Shown here piece after piece: positions 43,679 to 55,800 of a DNA stretch of 64,000 nucleotides; position 1 is the first letter of the stretch, and each line of letters begins with the position of its first letter. Position numbers and translations under genes: made by a program. The notes under the pieces are model-generated. The model was given only the letters and a program-made list of their open reading frames with translations. It did no database searches and had not been told where the DNA came from. The stretch lies in sequence record MK327933.1, one strand, 5' to 3'. Source of the DNA: Escherichia phage vB_EcoM_G2285.

Positions 43679-45934
43679 TTAAAGCTTACAAGCAGAACAA
43701 TCTTCTGCTTTAGGTGTTTCTAATTCATAGTCGTCTGTACCAGACCCATCACGAGTGTTATGATAGTAGAGGTTTTTTCCGCCAAAGTACCAGAAGTAAA
43801 GCAGATCGTCAAGCATTACTGACATTGGCACTTTACCTTTCTCAAATACTGCAGGGTCATAGTAAGTATTAGCAGAAGCAGATTGACACACCCATTTCAA
43901 CATGATAGCAACTTGGGTCAAATAAGGTTTATTACCTTTCTTAGCAAGTTTCCACGCATAGTCGTAAAGACTCATGTTATGTTCGATATTAGGAACAACC
44001 TGACGGAAGTTGCCTTCTTTAGATTCTTTAATACTTACTGGACCACGTGGTGGCTCAATCCCATTTGTAGAGTTAGATACTTGACTGCTTGACTCACAAG
44101 GCATGAGTGCAGACAACGTTGAGTTACGAATTCCATGTTCTTTGAGTTCAGCTCGAAGTTCTTCCCAATCACATACGTAGTTCGGGGCTGCGATTTGGTC
44201 AATCTTTTTATTGTACCAGTCGATAGGTAATTCGCCTCTAGACCATTTAGTGTCTGAATAATACTCGCAACATCCTTTTTCTTTGGCGAGTTTGATTGAT
44301 GCTTTGATAAGGCCATATTGCAATCTCTCAAACAATTCATGAGTCAAATCGTTAGCGTCTTCATATGAAGCAAAGTTAGAAGCTAACCATGCAGCATAGT
44401 TCGTAACACCAACACCAAGATTACGACGCTTTTTGGCTTTTAAAGCTTCTGGAACCGGATAATCTTGATAGTCTAACAGGTTATCAAGTGCACGTACTTG
44501 TACTTCAGCAAGTTCATTAATTTTATCTTGGTCTTGCCAATCAAATTTATCTAATACAAAGGCAGAAAGAGTACAGAGGCCCACTTCAGCATCAGGACCA
44601 TTCACATCATTAGTTGGAATAGCGATTTCACAACATAAGTTACTCTGTCGAATTGGAGCTTTTTCACGAATAAATGGAGTGTAGTTATTCGTGTTATCAA
44701 CAAACTGTGGATAAATTCGAGCAGTACCAGAACGTTCAGTCATGAACAATTCAAAGAGTTCTAGTGCTTTGATTCTTTTCTTTCTGATTGTTGGGTCTTT
44801 TTCAGCTTTCTCATAAAGCTCACGGAATTTATCTTGATCTTCAAAGAATGAGTAATATAGTTCGCCTGACATTTCGTGAGGGCTAAATAAAGTAATATAA
44901 TCATTTTTACCAAGGCGTTCCATCATGAGGTCATTAATCTGAATTCCGTAGTCCATATGTCGAATACGGTTTTCATCCACGCCTTTGTTATTTTTCAGAA
45001 CTAATAGGTTCTCTACTTCTAAGTGCCACATCGGATAATACGCTGTAGCAGCACCACCACGAATACCACCTTGAGAACAAGATTTTACTGCAGTTTGGAA
45101 ATGTTTCCAGAATGGAATAACACCCGTATGTCGAACTTCACCCATACCGATCTTAGAACCTTCTGCACGAAGCATACCAACGTTGATACCAATACCAGCT
45201 CGTTTAGAAATATATTCAATAATTGATGCTGAAGTTTTGTTAATAGATTTTAACGAATCACCGGCTTCAATAACTACACAACTAGAGAACTGGCGAGTCG
45301 GAGTACGAGCACCTGCCATAATTGGGGTTGGCAATGAAACTTGATGAGTAGAAACGGCATCATAAAAACGAATAATATGTTTCAAACGGTCATGAGTTTC
45401 GTCTTGGTGTAAGGCCATGCCAATAGCCATGATAGCAAACTGTGGAGTTTCATAAATCTTCCCAGTTGTTTTATCTTTAACTAGATATTTTTCTTTAAGC
45501 TGCATAGCACCAGCATAAGTCAGGTCAAAGTCTCGTTCATGTTTAATCTGTGAATCGAGATAAATGATTTCTTCTGCAGAATATCTAGACAACAACTCAG
45601 GATCGTATTTGCCTTCATTAACACAATACGAGATATGGTCGATAAAAGCAGGCGGTTCAAACTGCCCATATACATCTTTACGAAGTGCAAACATTAGCCC
45701 TTTGGCGGCGACATACTGATAATCAGGTTCTTCGACAGAAATCGAGTTAGCTGCAACTTTAATACAAATCTTCTGGATATCTTTGGTGCTCATCCCGTCG
45801 ACAAGATGGGTCTTAATTTCTTCGTACAATTCATATGGGTCAATTTGTGTTCCTTCACATTGCCAAGTTAAGACTTGAATAATTTTCTGTGCATCAAAAT
45901 TTTGGGATACACCACTGCTCTTAGTTACTTGCAT
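43679..45934 (-). CDS. nrdA: Ribonucleotide reductase large subunit NrdA
   Basis: 751 aa class Ia RNR alpha subunit, T4 NrdA-like. Confidence 0.95.
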   Translation of the reverse strand: MQVTKSSGVSQNFDAQKIIQVLTWQCEGTQIDPYELYEEIKTHLVDGMSTKDIQKICIKVAANSISVEEPDYQYVAAKGLMFALRKDVYGQFEPPAFIDHISYCVNEGKYDPELLSRYSAEEIIYLDSQIKHERDFDLTYAGAMQLKEKYLVKDKTTGKIYETPQFAIMAIGMALHQDETHDRLKHIIRFYDAVSTHQVSLPTPIMAGARTPTRQFSSCVVIEAGDSLKSINKTSASIIEYISKRAGIGINVGMLRAEGSKIGMGEVRHTGVIPFWKHFQTAVKSCSQGGIRGGAATAYYPMWHLEVENLLVLKNNKGVDENRIRHMDYGIQINDLMMERLGKNDYITLFSPHEMSGELYYSFFEDQDKFRELYEKAEKDPTIRKKRIKALELFELFMTERSGTARIYPQFVDNTNNYTPFIREKAPIRQSNLCCEIAIPTNDVNGPDAEVGLCTLSAFVLDKFDWQDQDKINELAEVQVRALDNLLDYQDYPVPEALKAKKRRNLGVGVTNYAAWLASNFASYEDANDLTHELFERLQYGLIKASIKLAKEKGCCEYYSDTKWSRGELPIDWYNKKIDQIAAPNYVCDWEELRAELKEHGIRNSTLSALMPCESSSQVSNSTNGIEPPRGPVSIKESKEGNFRQVVPNIEHNMSLYDYAWKLAKKGNKPYLTQVAIMLKWVCQSASANTYYDPAVFEKGKVPMSVMLDDLLYFWYFGGKNLYYHNTRDGSGTDDYELETPKAEDCSACKL

Positions 45935-46021
45935 ATATTCCTCAGTATAGGTTGATAGACATTACTCCAAACGGGATAGTATTTATCCCGTTAATTTATT
46001 ATACACTTTTAAACTGAAGCG

Positions 46022-46276
46022 TTAATTATCCACAGCAATAATTTCTTCATATTCTTTAGGTGTCAAGACTGTGATATCAAAATAAACCAACGGTTCTTTT
46101 TCTATACCGAATCCACCACAGAATTCACGATATTCGTAAATTCGTTCATGTGAATAACAAATGAATCGTTCACCTTTAACTGTGATTTCACTATTTGGTG
46201 AAGGGATATCTAGTTCGGTAGGATTTTTCATTTCAAAAATTGTGGTGCCATATGAATTAATAAAACGTAAAATCAT
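46022..46276 (-). CDS. Hypothetical protein (nrdA.1-like)
   Basis: 84 aa ORF between td and nrdA. Confidence 0.45.
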   Translation of the reverse strand: MILRFINSYGTTIFEMKNPTELDIPSPNSEITVKGERFICYSHERIYEYREFCGGFGIEKEPLVYFDITVLTPKEYEEIIAVDN

Positions 46277-46588
46277 TTATACCGCCATTTTAGCTTTGAT
46301 AGTTGGATGAGATTCGTAATTTTTAAGAACGAAATCAGAATGTGTCATCGTTCCAGTAACCCAGTCCATTTGGATTTTTGTAGGCCAATTCTCAAAATTA
46401 CTAGGCCAATTAATTTCAAGAGAACATAACTCTTTAGGTTCACGACGAAGAACTTCTTTGCATTGTTCTACATGATTGCTGTAGATATGCGTATTGCCGC
46501 CTGAGAACACTAAATCACCTGGGATAAGGTTACACATCTTCGCTACAATATGAACTAACGTAGCATATGATGCAATATTAAATGGAAG
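46277..46588 (-). CDS. td: Thymidylate synthase Td, exon 2
   Basis: Starts LPFNIASYATLVHIVAKM...; track ORF start ATG is the intron-terminal AUG. Confidence 0.85.
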   Translation of the reverse strand, partial: LPFNIASYATLVHIVAKMCNLIPGDLVFSGGNTHIYSNHVEQCKEVLRREPKELCSLEINWPSNFENWPTKIQMDWVTGTMTHSDFVLKNYESHPTIKAKMAV

Positions 46589-47604
46589 CATTATGTTCAG
46601 ATAAGGTCGTTAATCTTACCCCGGAATTATATCCAGCTGCATGTCACCATGCAGATCAGACTATATCTCCAACTTGTTAAAGCAAGTTGTCTATCGTTTC
46701 GAGTCACTTGACCCTACTCCCCAAAGGGATAGTCGTTAGGCATTTATGTAGAACCAATTCCATTTATCAGATTTTACACGATAAGTAACTAATCCAGACG
46801 AAATTTTAAAATGTCTAGCTGCATCTGCTGCACAATCAAAAATAACCCCATCACATGAAATCTTTTTAATATTACTAGGCTTTTTACCTTTCATCTTTTC
46901 TGATATTTTAGATTTAGTTATGTCTGAATGCTTATGATTAAAGAATGAATTATTTTCACCTGAACGATTTCTGCATTTACTACAAGTATAAGCAGAAGTT
47001 TGTATGCGAACACCGCACTTACAAAACTTATGGGTTTCTGGATTCCAACGCCCGTTTTTACTTCCGGGTTTACTGTAAAGAGCTTTCCGACCATCAGGTC
47101 CAAGTTTAAGCATCTTAGCTTTAACAGTTTCAGAACGTTTCTTAATAATTTCTTCTTTTAATGGATGCGTAGAACATGTATCACCAAACGTTGCATCAGC
47201 AATATTGTATCCATTAATTTTAGAATTAAGCTCTTTAATCCAAAAATTTTCTCGTTCAATAATCAAATCTTTCTCATATGGAATTTCTTCCAAAATAGAA
47301 CATTCAAACACATTACCATGTTTGTTAAAAGACCTCTGAAGCTTTATAGAAGAATGGCATCCTTTTTCTAAATCTTTAAAATGCCTCTTCCATCTCTTTT
47401 CAAAATCTTTAGCACTTCCTACATATACTTTATTGTTTAAAGTATTTTTAATCTGATAAATTCCGCTTTTCATAAATACCTCTTTAAATATAGAAGTATT
47501 TATTAAAGGGCAGTCCTACAATTTAGCACGGGATTGTCTACTAGAGAGGTTCCCCGTTTAGATAGATTACAAGTATAAGTCACCTTATACTCAGGCCTCA
47601 ATTA
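46589..47604 (-). mobile_element. Group I self-splicing intron in td, carrying I-TevI (1016 nt)
   Basis: Intron begins UAAUUGAGGCCUGAGUAUAAGG and ends ...CAUAAUG as in the T4 td intron; exons join in frame (GGU|CUU). Confidence 0.9.
46736..47473 (-). CDS. I-TevI GIY-YIG homing endonuclease
   Basis: 245 aa; GIY-YIG start (GIYQIKNTLNNKVYVGS); matches remembered T4 I-TevI. Confidence 0.95.
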   Translation of the reverse strand: MKSGIYQIKNTLNNKVYVGSAKDFEKRWKRHFKDLEKGCHSSIKLQRSFNKHGNVFECSILEEIPYEKDLIIERENFWIKELNSKINGYNIADATFGDTCSTHPLKEEIIKKRSETVKAKMLKLGPDGRKALYSKPGSKNGRWNPETHKFCKCGVRIQTSAYTCSKCRNRSGENNSFFNHKHSDITKSKISEKMKGKKPSNIKKISCDGVIFDCAADAARHFKISSGLVTYRVKSDKWNWFYINA

Positions 47605-49003
<1,399 letters not shown>

Positions 49004-49049
49004 TTTTATTTGATAGGGCTACTATAACATAACCCTATCTGATTGTACA

Positions 49050-49442
49050 CTACTTTTTAAAAGTTTTTTGCAAAAGTTTGATGATTTCGTCGACGTTGGT
49101 TTCATCTACAATACAATGGATTTTTGTTACACCTAAAGTTATACCTTCGTTAGTAGGTTGAGGCTTTACTAAATCTACCTCAGTAAAGTATTTGAACTCG
49201 TCAGGATAAATCTCAAAATAAGTTTCAATTTCACCACCGGCAGAACATACCGTACCATCTTCCATAGTTACACTTACTACGTTTGACGTATCGCTATCAT
49301 AATCAGGTTCCATTCCGTTTACAACAAAACTAGGCCCGTGGAGTTCAATCAATTTTAACATCTTAGCGTTATTATGTGGTGCTTCTTGAACAAAGTCGTC
49401 TTTAAATATAAGATTTTCCGATTTCCATTTTGATTTCCTCAT
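49050..49442 (-). CDS. Hypothetical protein (frd.2/frd.3-like)
   Basis: 130 aa ORF. Confidence 0.45.
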   Translation of the reverse strand: MRKSKWKSENLIFKDDFVQEAPHNNAKMLKLIELHGPSFVVNGMEPDYDSDTSNVVSVTMEDGTVCSAGGEIETYFEIYPDEFKYFTEVDLVKPQPTNEGITLGVTKIHCIVDETNVDEIIKLLQKTFKK

Positions 49443-49517
49443 GTTGTTGATAGGTCTATACTAACACATCTAGGGAAGAAGTAAACAACTTTTTCGGCAA
49501 TTTACAGATACTCAAAA

Positions 49518-49535
49518 GGGAGACCGAAGTCTCCC
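49518..49535 (-). terminator. Intrinsic terminator after gene 32 (GGGAGAC-ttcg-GTCTCCC plus T-run)
   Basis: Hairpin identical to those at 32684 and 57840, followed by a T-run on minus strand. Confidence 0.65.
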
Positions 49536-49541
49536 AATTTA

Positions 49542-50441
49542 TTATAGACCAGCTAACAGGTCATCGAGGTCGCCATCGTCAGAAGACGAGGAACTCATGA
49601 AGTCATCTTCAGTTTTTGCAGAACCAAAGGCTTCCATGTCTTTATCAAAATCGTCAAGGTCAGAAGCAACTTTATCTGCAACAGAAGCTGCGGCAGCTGC
49701 TGCACCACCAAGAGCGGCAGTACCAAGAACTTGATTAAATTTAGTATTCAATTCTTCAAACGATTTGAACTTATCTTTAGAAGTCATTTCAGAAAGGTCA
49801 ACCATTTGTTCGAACAATTCTTTCTGGAAAGATTCATCATCAATGTTTGGAATTGCAGATTGATTCAGGAATTTAGATTCGTCGTAGTTACTGAAACCAG
49901 AAACCTGTTTAACTTTCAGCACGAAGTTAGCACCTTCCCATGGGCAAGTTACATCAACAGGAGTTTCACCCATTTCAGTATCGACTGCAATCATTGCATT
50001 GATTTTGTCCCAAATCTTTTTACCGAAACGATATTTAAATACTTTACCTTCATTATCTGGAGCTTGTGGGTCTTTAACAACCAGGATATTAGCCCAATAA
50101 GAAGTTTTACGTTTCAGTTGAGAATATTCAGTTTTGTTGGTATTGTACAGGTCATTTTTACTAATGTACTGACATACAGGACAAGAGTCATAATCACCGT
50201 GTGTAGATGAACAGGTTTCAATATACCATTTACCATTTTTCTTGAACCCGTGGTTAACAAGAATTGTAAACGGAAGTGCGTCATCTGTTTTCGCCGGCAG
50301 GAAACGAATTACCGCTTGACCATTACCGGATGCATCGAGTTTCAGCTTCCATTCACCTTTATCTTCTGAAGAGAAACCTTTGTTACCATTCAGTTTAGCC
50401 ATCTGAGCTGCGAGGTCTGCGGTACTTTTACGTTTAAACAT
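49542..50441 (-). CDS. 32: Single-stranded DNA-binding protein gp32
   Basis: 299 aa; matches remembered T4 gp32 (MFKRKSTA...) with acidic C-terminus. Confidence 0.95.
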   Translation of the reverse strand: MFKRKSTADLAAQMAKLNGNKGFSSEDKGEWKLKLDASGNGQAVIRFLPAKTDDALPFTILVNHGFKKNGKWYIETCSSTHGDYDSCPVCQYISKNDLYNTNKTEYSQLKRKTSYWANILVVKDPQAPDNEGKVFKYRFGKKIWDKINAMIAVDTEMGETPVDVTCPWEGANFVLKVKQVSGFSNYDESKFLNQSAIPNIDDESFQKELFEQMVDLSEMTSKDKFKSFEELNTKFNQVLGTAALGGAAAAAASVADKVASDLDDFDKDMEAFGSAKTEDDFMSSSSSDDGDLDDLLAGL

Positions 50442-50558
50442 TTTATTTGCCTTTATTTAGATTATTAATTAAATTTTACAGTTGGTTGCTACGACACTTA
50501 TACCTCGTAGCTGGTATGTTTTATTTATACGGTAATTCTAACACAGATAAAATAAAGC

Positions 50559-51212
50559 TTAATACTTACATGATTTTATTGTTTCTATGAACAATTTCTT
50601 AGCAGCATTTCTATCGATTTGAAGTATTTTTCGATATGCCTTTAATTTGGTAGAATAATTTTGCCAGACTAAGTTATCGGTGAGTTCGTCGTGCTTATCT
50701 ATAATATTCAAAAATGAGTCCAACAATAAGAAAGTCTCAAATGAAATTATATTGCTTTGTAGCAATTTGAATATGTAGCTCGACTGAACGTTGTTATTAT
50801 AATCAAATATCTCTTGAAGCGCACTAACTTCAACTTTCTTACTAAAATAGTAGATGTTACGTACGTCTTCAGCAAACGTCTCCTTGGCTTGTTTGAGACG
50901 TCCAATATATTCCCTATAGAAAACTAATGCATCAGCGTCTGATATCTCACCAATCCATGCGTCTTGGTTAGCAACTAAGTTGCTTATGAATATCAAGGTG
51001 AGTTCCTTCAATTTATATTTCTCTGCTAGTTTTTCAAAGAAATATTTATCTCGGCGTTTTTGATACGCGTTATCCGAAACACGCATGCACCAGTTATATT
51101 TGATTACGTCATACCGACCACCAAAATGGTTTTTGCACATCAAGTATAGTTTATATACCGATTTTCCATTAATATAACGTTCTCCATCAGGAGGCATGCG
51201 TATTTTAATCAT
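50559..51212 (-). CDS. 59: Helicase loader gp59
   Basis: 217 aa, T4 gp59-like. Confidence 0.9.
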   Translation of the reverse strand: MIKIRMPPDGERYINGKSVYKLYLMCKNHFGGRYDVIKYNWCMRVSDNAYQKRRDKYFFEKLAEKYKLKELTLIFISNLVANQDAWIGEISDADALVFYREYIGRLKQAKETFAEDVRNIYYFSKKVEVSALQEIFDYNNNVQSSYIFKLLQSNIISFETFLLLDSFLNIIDKHDELTDNLVWQNYSTKLKAYRKILQIDRNAAKKLFIETIKSCKY

Positions 51213-51547
51213 AATAAGAAATCTAACGTATTAGTTTTTTCGCCACGAGCAACTGATGGGCGAAGCATGTTTTCGTCAATTGCTTCGCTTGTAATTTTTT
51301 CAACAATTCCTGTAGGAATAAATTTAGCAAATTGTGTTTCTGGAATAGAATTTTCTTCCAAGAAAGCAGTTGTTGCTTCTAAATAAGACATACCAAATTG
51401 TTCAACCATGGATTCGATAATGAATCCGTTTTCTTGCCGGTCAAGCAATTTAGCGATATCATCTTTATCGTGTTTTACTGCTAATTCTTGTTCAGATAAA
51501 CCGGCCTCATCAACCGGTTTAATATCACTTAGTGAAAACTGTGTCAT
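51209..51547 (-). CDS. 33: Late transcription co-activator gp33
   Basis: 112 aa, T4 order and size. Confidence 0.8.
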   Translation of the reverse strand: MTQFSLSDIKPVDEAGLSEQELAVKHDKDDIAKLLDRQENGFIIESMVEQFGMSYLEATTAFLEENSIPETQFAKFIPTGIVEKITSEAIDENMLRPSVARGEKTNTLDFLL

Positions 51548-51794
51548 AAAGCTCGACTACCTCTTCGTTTTCAGCTTCAAATTGATCACGAGCGTCTTTA
51601 TGATAAAGAGCTAACAAACGATTAAACATTTTTCCATCGACACCAAGCTCTTCTTTAGCACGAGTACGAATGTCTTTAATCAGTTCATTATAACCAGAAA
51701 TTTTAAGTTTGTTATCGGAAGCTTCCTTGACTAGTTTAGCCAGTTCTTCACCATGCACATCTTGATTAAATTCAACTGCTTCTTTCTTAGCCAT
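51525..51794 (-). CDS. dsbA: DsbA double-stranded DNA-binding protein (start at internal MAKKE)
   Basis: 89 aa from the internal ATG; position between rnh and 33. Confidence 0.65.
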   Translation of the reverse strand: MAKKEAVEFNQDVHGEELAKLVKEASDNKLKISGYNELIKDIRTRAKEELGVDGKMFNRLLALYHKDARDQFEAENEEVVELYDTVFTK

Positions 51795-51801
51795 GTTTAC
51801 C

Positions 51802-52719
51802 TCAGAATTCATTAATTACACTTGTTAATTTAGAAAGACCAGATTTTACAAAGTATGAATAAATCTTGCCTTTAGGTTGTTGTTTATATGAGTTATAATA
51901 CTCTATAATGGTTGAAGCAATATTATCAGGGATATAATCAAAATCAATGAGAACCAAATTTTCTTGATACCGTTTATATTCTTCTGCACTTAATAATACT
52001 TCAGCTTGAGAACGGTCATTGGCAATTGCTTCAATAATCGATGTTTTCATACTCGGGGTTCGTTCACCATCAACTCTGGTAAACCAGAAGTCTCCACGAA
52101 CTCGAACAGATGCAACACCATCCTTACGGTCACCTTTAAGAATTTTAGTCATGCAATCAATTTCAGCAGAACCATTCTTAATTTTAACCCATTTTTTCTG
52201 TGGTGGCGACCACTGTTTAACGTTAGGATATTTGTGTAATTGCGTAAAGTCACCATCTGATGCAACAATACATACCTTATGACCAGCTAATGACAAATAT
52301 TTAGTTAATACACCGATATGGTCGTCCGCTTCATACTTGTCAATATCCATTACAACGTATGGCATGTATTTCTTAATCTCATCAACAACTTGATGGAGTG
52401 CAGTAAAATATCCTTCCCAATCCCACTTTGAAGCTTCACGATCGGTTTTACGATTTTTCTTGTAATAGTAAGCAAAGTCACGACGCCAATAACCTGAAGT
52501 AGCATTATCCATACACAATACAAATTTTGTATAGCCTTGCTTACGGAACATCACTACGTTTTTACGAATTGAATTCAAGATTACATGTCGAACCATTGGA
52601 ACAGTAATTTTATCGCCGTCTTCAAAGTTGTTTAATGCGGCCGCCAATGCAATGTTACTAAAGTCGGCAAGTGCAATACCTTCTTTGTAATCTTCATCCA
52701 ACATCATTTCTAAATCCAT
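51802..52719 (-). CDS. rnh: RNase H (5'-3' exonuclease, FEN-like)
   Basis: 305 aa, matches remembered T4 RNase H. Confidence 0.9.
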   Translation of the reverse strand: MDLEMMLDEDYKEGIALADFSNIALAAALNNFEDGDKITVPMVRHVILNSIRKNVVMFRKQGYTKFVLCMDNATSGYWRRDFAYYYKKNRKTDREASKWDWEGYFTALHQVVDEIKKYMPYVVMDIDKYEADDHIGVLTKYLSLAGHKVCIVASDGDFTQLHKYPNVKQWSPPQKKWVKIKNGSAEIDCMTKILKGDRKDGVASVRVRGDFWFTRVDGERTPSMKTSIIEAIANDRSQAEVLLSAEEYKRYQENLVLIDFDYIPDNIASTIIEYYNSYKQQPKGKIYSYFVKSGLSKLTSVINEF

Positions 52720-52751
52720 ATGAACCTCTTGTTCAGTTAGTCAACTTGTCT

Positions 52752-52780
52752 ATAGTAACACACTCATTTGAAAGCGTAAA
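52752..52780 (-). promoter_or_regulatory. Early sigma70-like promoter (TTTACG-N17-TACTAT) upstream of rnh
   Basis: Promoter-like hexamers in the rnh-34 divergent spacer. Confidence 0.4.
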
Positions 52781-52784
52781 CTGG

Positions 52785-52792
52785 TATAAATA
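52785..52792 (+). promoter_or_regulatory. Late promoter TATAAATA upstream of gene 34
   Basis: Exact TATAAATA about 31 nt before the gene 34 ATG. Confidence 0.55.
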
Positions 52793-52822
52793 AGTATTAT
52801 TGAAACAATAAAGGAAAAACGA

Positions 52823-55800
52823 ATGGCCGACATCAAACGTAAGTTCAGAGCCGAAGACGGTCTGGACGCCGGTGGCGACAAGATTGTTAACGTAGCATTA
52901 GCCGACCGTACAGTAGGTACTGATGGCGTAAACGTTGACTTCCTGGTACAAGAAAACACCGTTCAAGTATATGATTCTACGCGTGGATATAACAAAGGAT
53001 TTGTTGTTCTTTATGACAACCGATTATATCAAGCAATAAATGATATCGTGTCTCCTTCCGGGGCATTTAACCTTTTACAATGGCGTGCAGTTCGTACCGA
53101 TGCACAATGGATAACTGTCGCTTCTGGGACTTATCAACTTTCTTCAGGTGAATCGATTTCGGTTAACACTGGTGCCGGTAATGATATGGTTTTCACATTA
53201 CCAAATGCGCCGGTTGATGGTGATACTGTTGTTTTGGCTGATATTGGTGGAAGAACCGGGACAGTTAAAGTACAGATTAACGCGTCTGTGCAGAGTATTT
53301 TAAACTTTAGAGGTGAACAAGTTCGTACAGTTTTAATGACGCGCCCACGTTCACAACTATTGTTTGTGTTTAGTAATCGTTTGTGGCAGATGTATATTAC
53401 CGATTATGGTAAAGAATCAATCACTGTTACACCTGCTGCACCATATCAAGCACAAGCAAATGATTTTATCGTTCGTCGTTTTACTAGTGCAGCACCAATC
53501 AACATTACACTTCCACGTAATGCTAACAATGGTGATATAATCAGCCTAGTCGATTTAGATAAATTAAACCCACTGTATCATACAATTGTTAAAACATTTG
53601 ACGATACAACGTCTATTGGTGAAGTCGGGACTCATACTGCCGAAGGCAGAAATGACTCCGACGCGTTTTTTGTTTTTGATGCTGCAAATAGTTTATGGCG
53701 TATATGGGAAGGCGACCAGAAATCGCGTCTTCGTATTATCCGTGCGGATTCAAATATTCGTCCAAATGAAGAAGTTCTTATTTTTGGCACAAATAACGCT
53801 ACAGCCGGAACTATTAATCTTACGCTGCCTTCCGGAATTTTGAGTGGTGACACTGTTAAAATTTCAATGAACTACATGCGTAAAGGCCAAACAGTAAAAA
53901 TTAAAGCTGCCGAAGGTGATACAATTGCTTCTTCTGTTGCATTGCTTCAGTTCCCTAAACGTTCTGAATATCCACCTGATGCTCAATGGGTCTCTGTTAC
54001 TGAACTAGAATTCAATGGCACTACTTCATATGTTCCTGTATTAGAATTATCGTATATCGAAGACACCGTTGCTGGTACACGTTATTGGGTTGTTCAACAA
54101 AACGTCCCTACGGTAGAACGTGTTGATGCTGGAACTGATACAACTAGAGCTCGTGTAGGTGTTATTGCTCTTGCTACTCAAGCGCAAGCAAATGTTGATT
54201 TAGAGAATACTCCAGCTAAAGAAGTGGCTATTACTCCTGAAACGTTGGCAAATCGTACAGCAACTGAAGCTCGACGTGGTATCGCTAAAATTGCTACAAC
54301 AGCACAAGTTAATCAGAATTCCACAGCATCATTTGTGGACGATACTATTGTTACGCCTAAAAAACTAAATGAGCGTACAGCAACTGAAACTCGTCGCGGT
54401 CTTGCTGAAATTGCTACTCAGGCTGAAACCGATGCTGGTCTTGATGACACAACGATTATTACACCTAAGAAACTGCAGGCACGTCAGGGTTCAGAAACAC
54501 TATCTGGTATAGTTAAATATGTATCAACTACTTCTGCTACTCCTGCTGAAACTCGTGGGGCCGCAGGCACTAACGTTTATAATAAAACCGTAAATAATTT
54601 AACTATTTCTCCTAAAGCCCTTGACCAATATAAAGCAACTTATGCTCAACAAGGTGCAGTAATTTTAGCTGTTGATAGTGAAGTAATTGCTGGTCAATCC
54701 CAAGCAGGTTATTCTCACGCTGTAGTAACTCCTGAAACACTACATAAGAAAACTTCTACTGATGGACGTATTGGTTTAATTGAAATTGCTACGCAAGCAG
54801 AAACTAATGCTGGGACTGATTATACACGTGCAGTAACGCCTAAGACGTTAAATGATAGGAAAGCTACGGAAGGATTATCCGGCATAGCCGAACTTGCTAC
54901 GCAAGTTGAATTTGATACTGGAACTGACGATACTCGTATCTCAACTCCACTGAAAATTAAAACTCATTTTGATTCTTCTGACCGTACCAGTGTTAATTCT
55001 GATTCCGGACTTATTGAAGAAGGAACCTTGTGGAACCATTATACTCTTGATATTTCTAAAGCAAATGAAACACAACGTGGTACACTTCGCGTAGCGACCC
55101 AGGCAGAATCTAATGCAGGAACTTTAGATGATGTTCTTATTACTCCTAAAAAGCTTTTAGGGACTAAGTCCACTGAAACGTCTGAAGGCGTAATTAAGGT
55201 TGCTACTCAGGCTGAAACTATAACAGGAACTTCTGCTAATACTGCTGTATCTCCTAAGAATTTAAAATGGATTGTCCAGAATGAACCAACATGGGCTGCT
55301 ACTACAGCAATTCGTGGATTTGTTAAAACTTCATCTGGTTCAATTACATTCGTTGGTAATGATACAGTTGGTTCAACACAACCTTTAGAATCATATGAAA
55401 AAAATAGCTATGCTATATCTCCATATGAATTAAACCGTGTACTTGCTAACTACTTGCCATTAAAAGCAAAAGCTGCTGACGCAAATTTATTAGATGGTCT
55501 AGATTCATCTCAGTTCATTCGTAGGGACATTGCACAGACGGTTAATGGTTCACTAACCTTAACCCGACAAACGAATCTGAGTGCCCCTCTTGTATCATCT
55601 AGTACGGCTACGTTTGGTGGTTCGGTATCTGCTAATAGTACATTAACTATTTCTAATACAGGTGCTTCAACTCGCTTAATATTTGAAAAAGGTCCACAAA
55701 CTGGAAACAACCCTGCTCAGGCGATGAATATCCGTGTATGGGGTAACCAATTCGCCGGCGGTTCTGATACATCTCGTGCTACGATATTTGAAGTTGGTGA

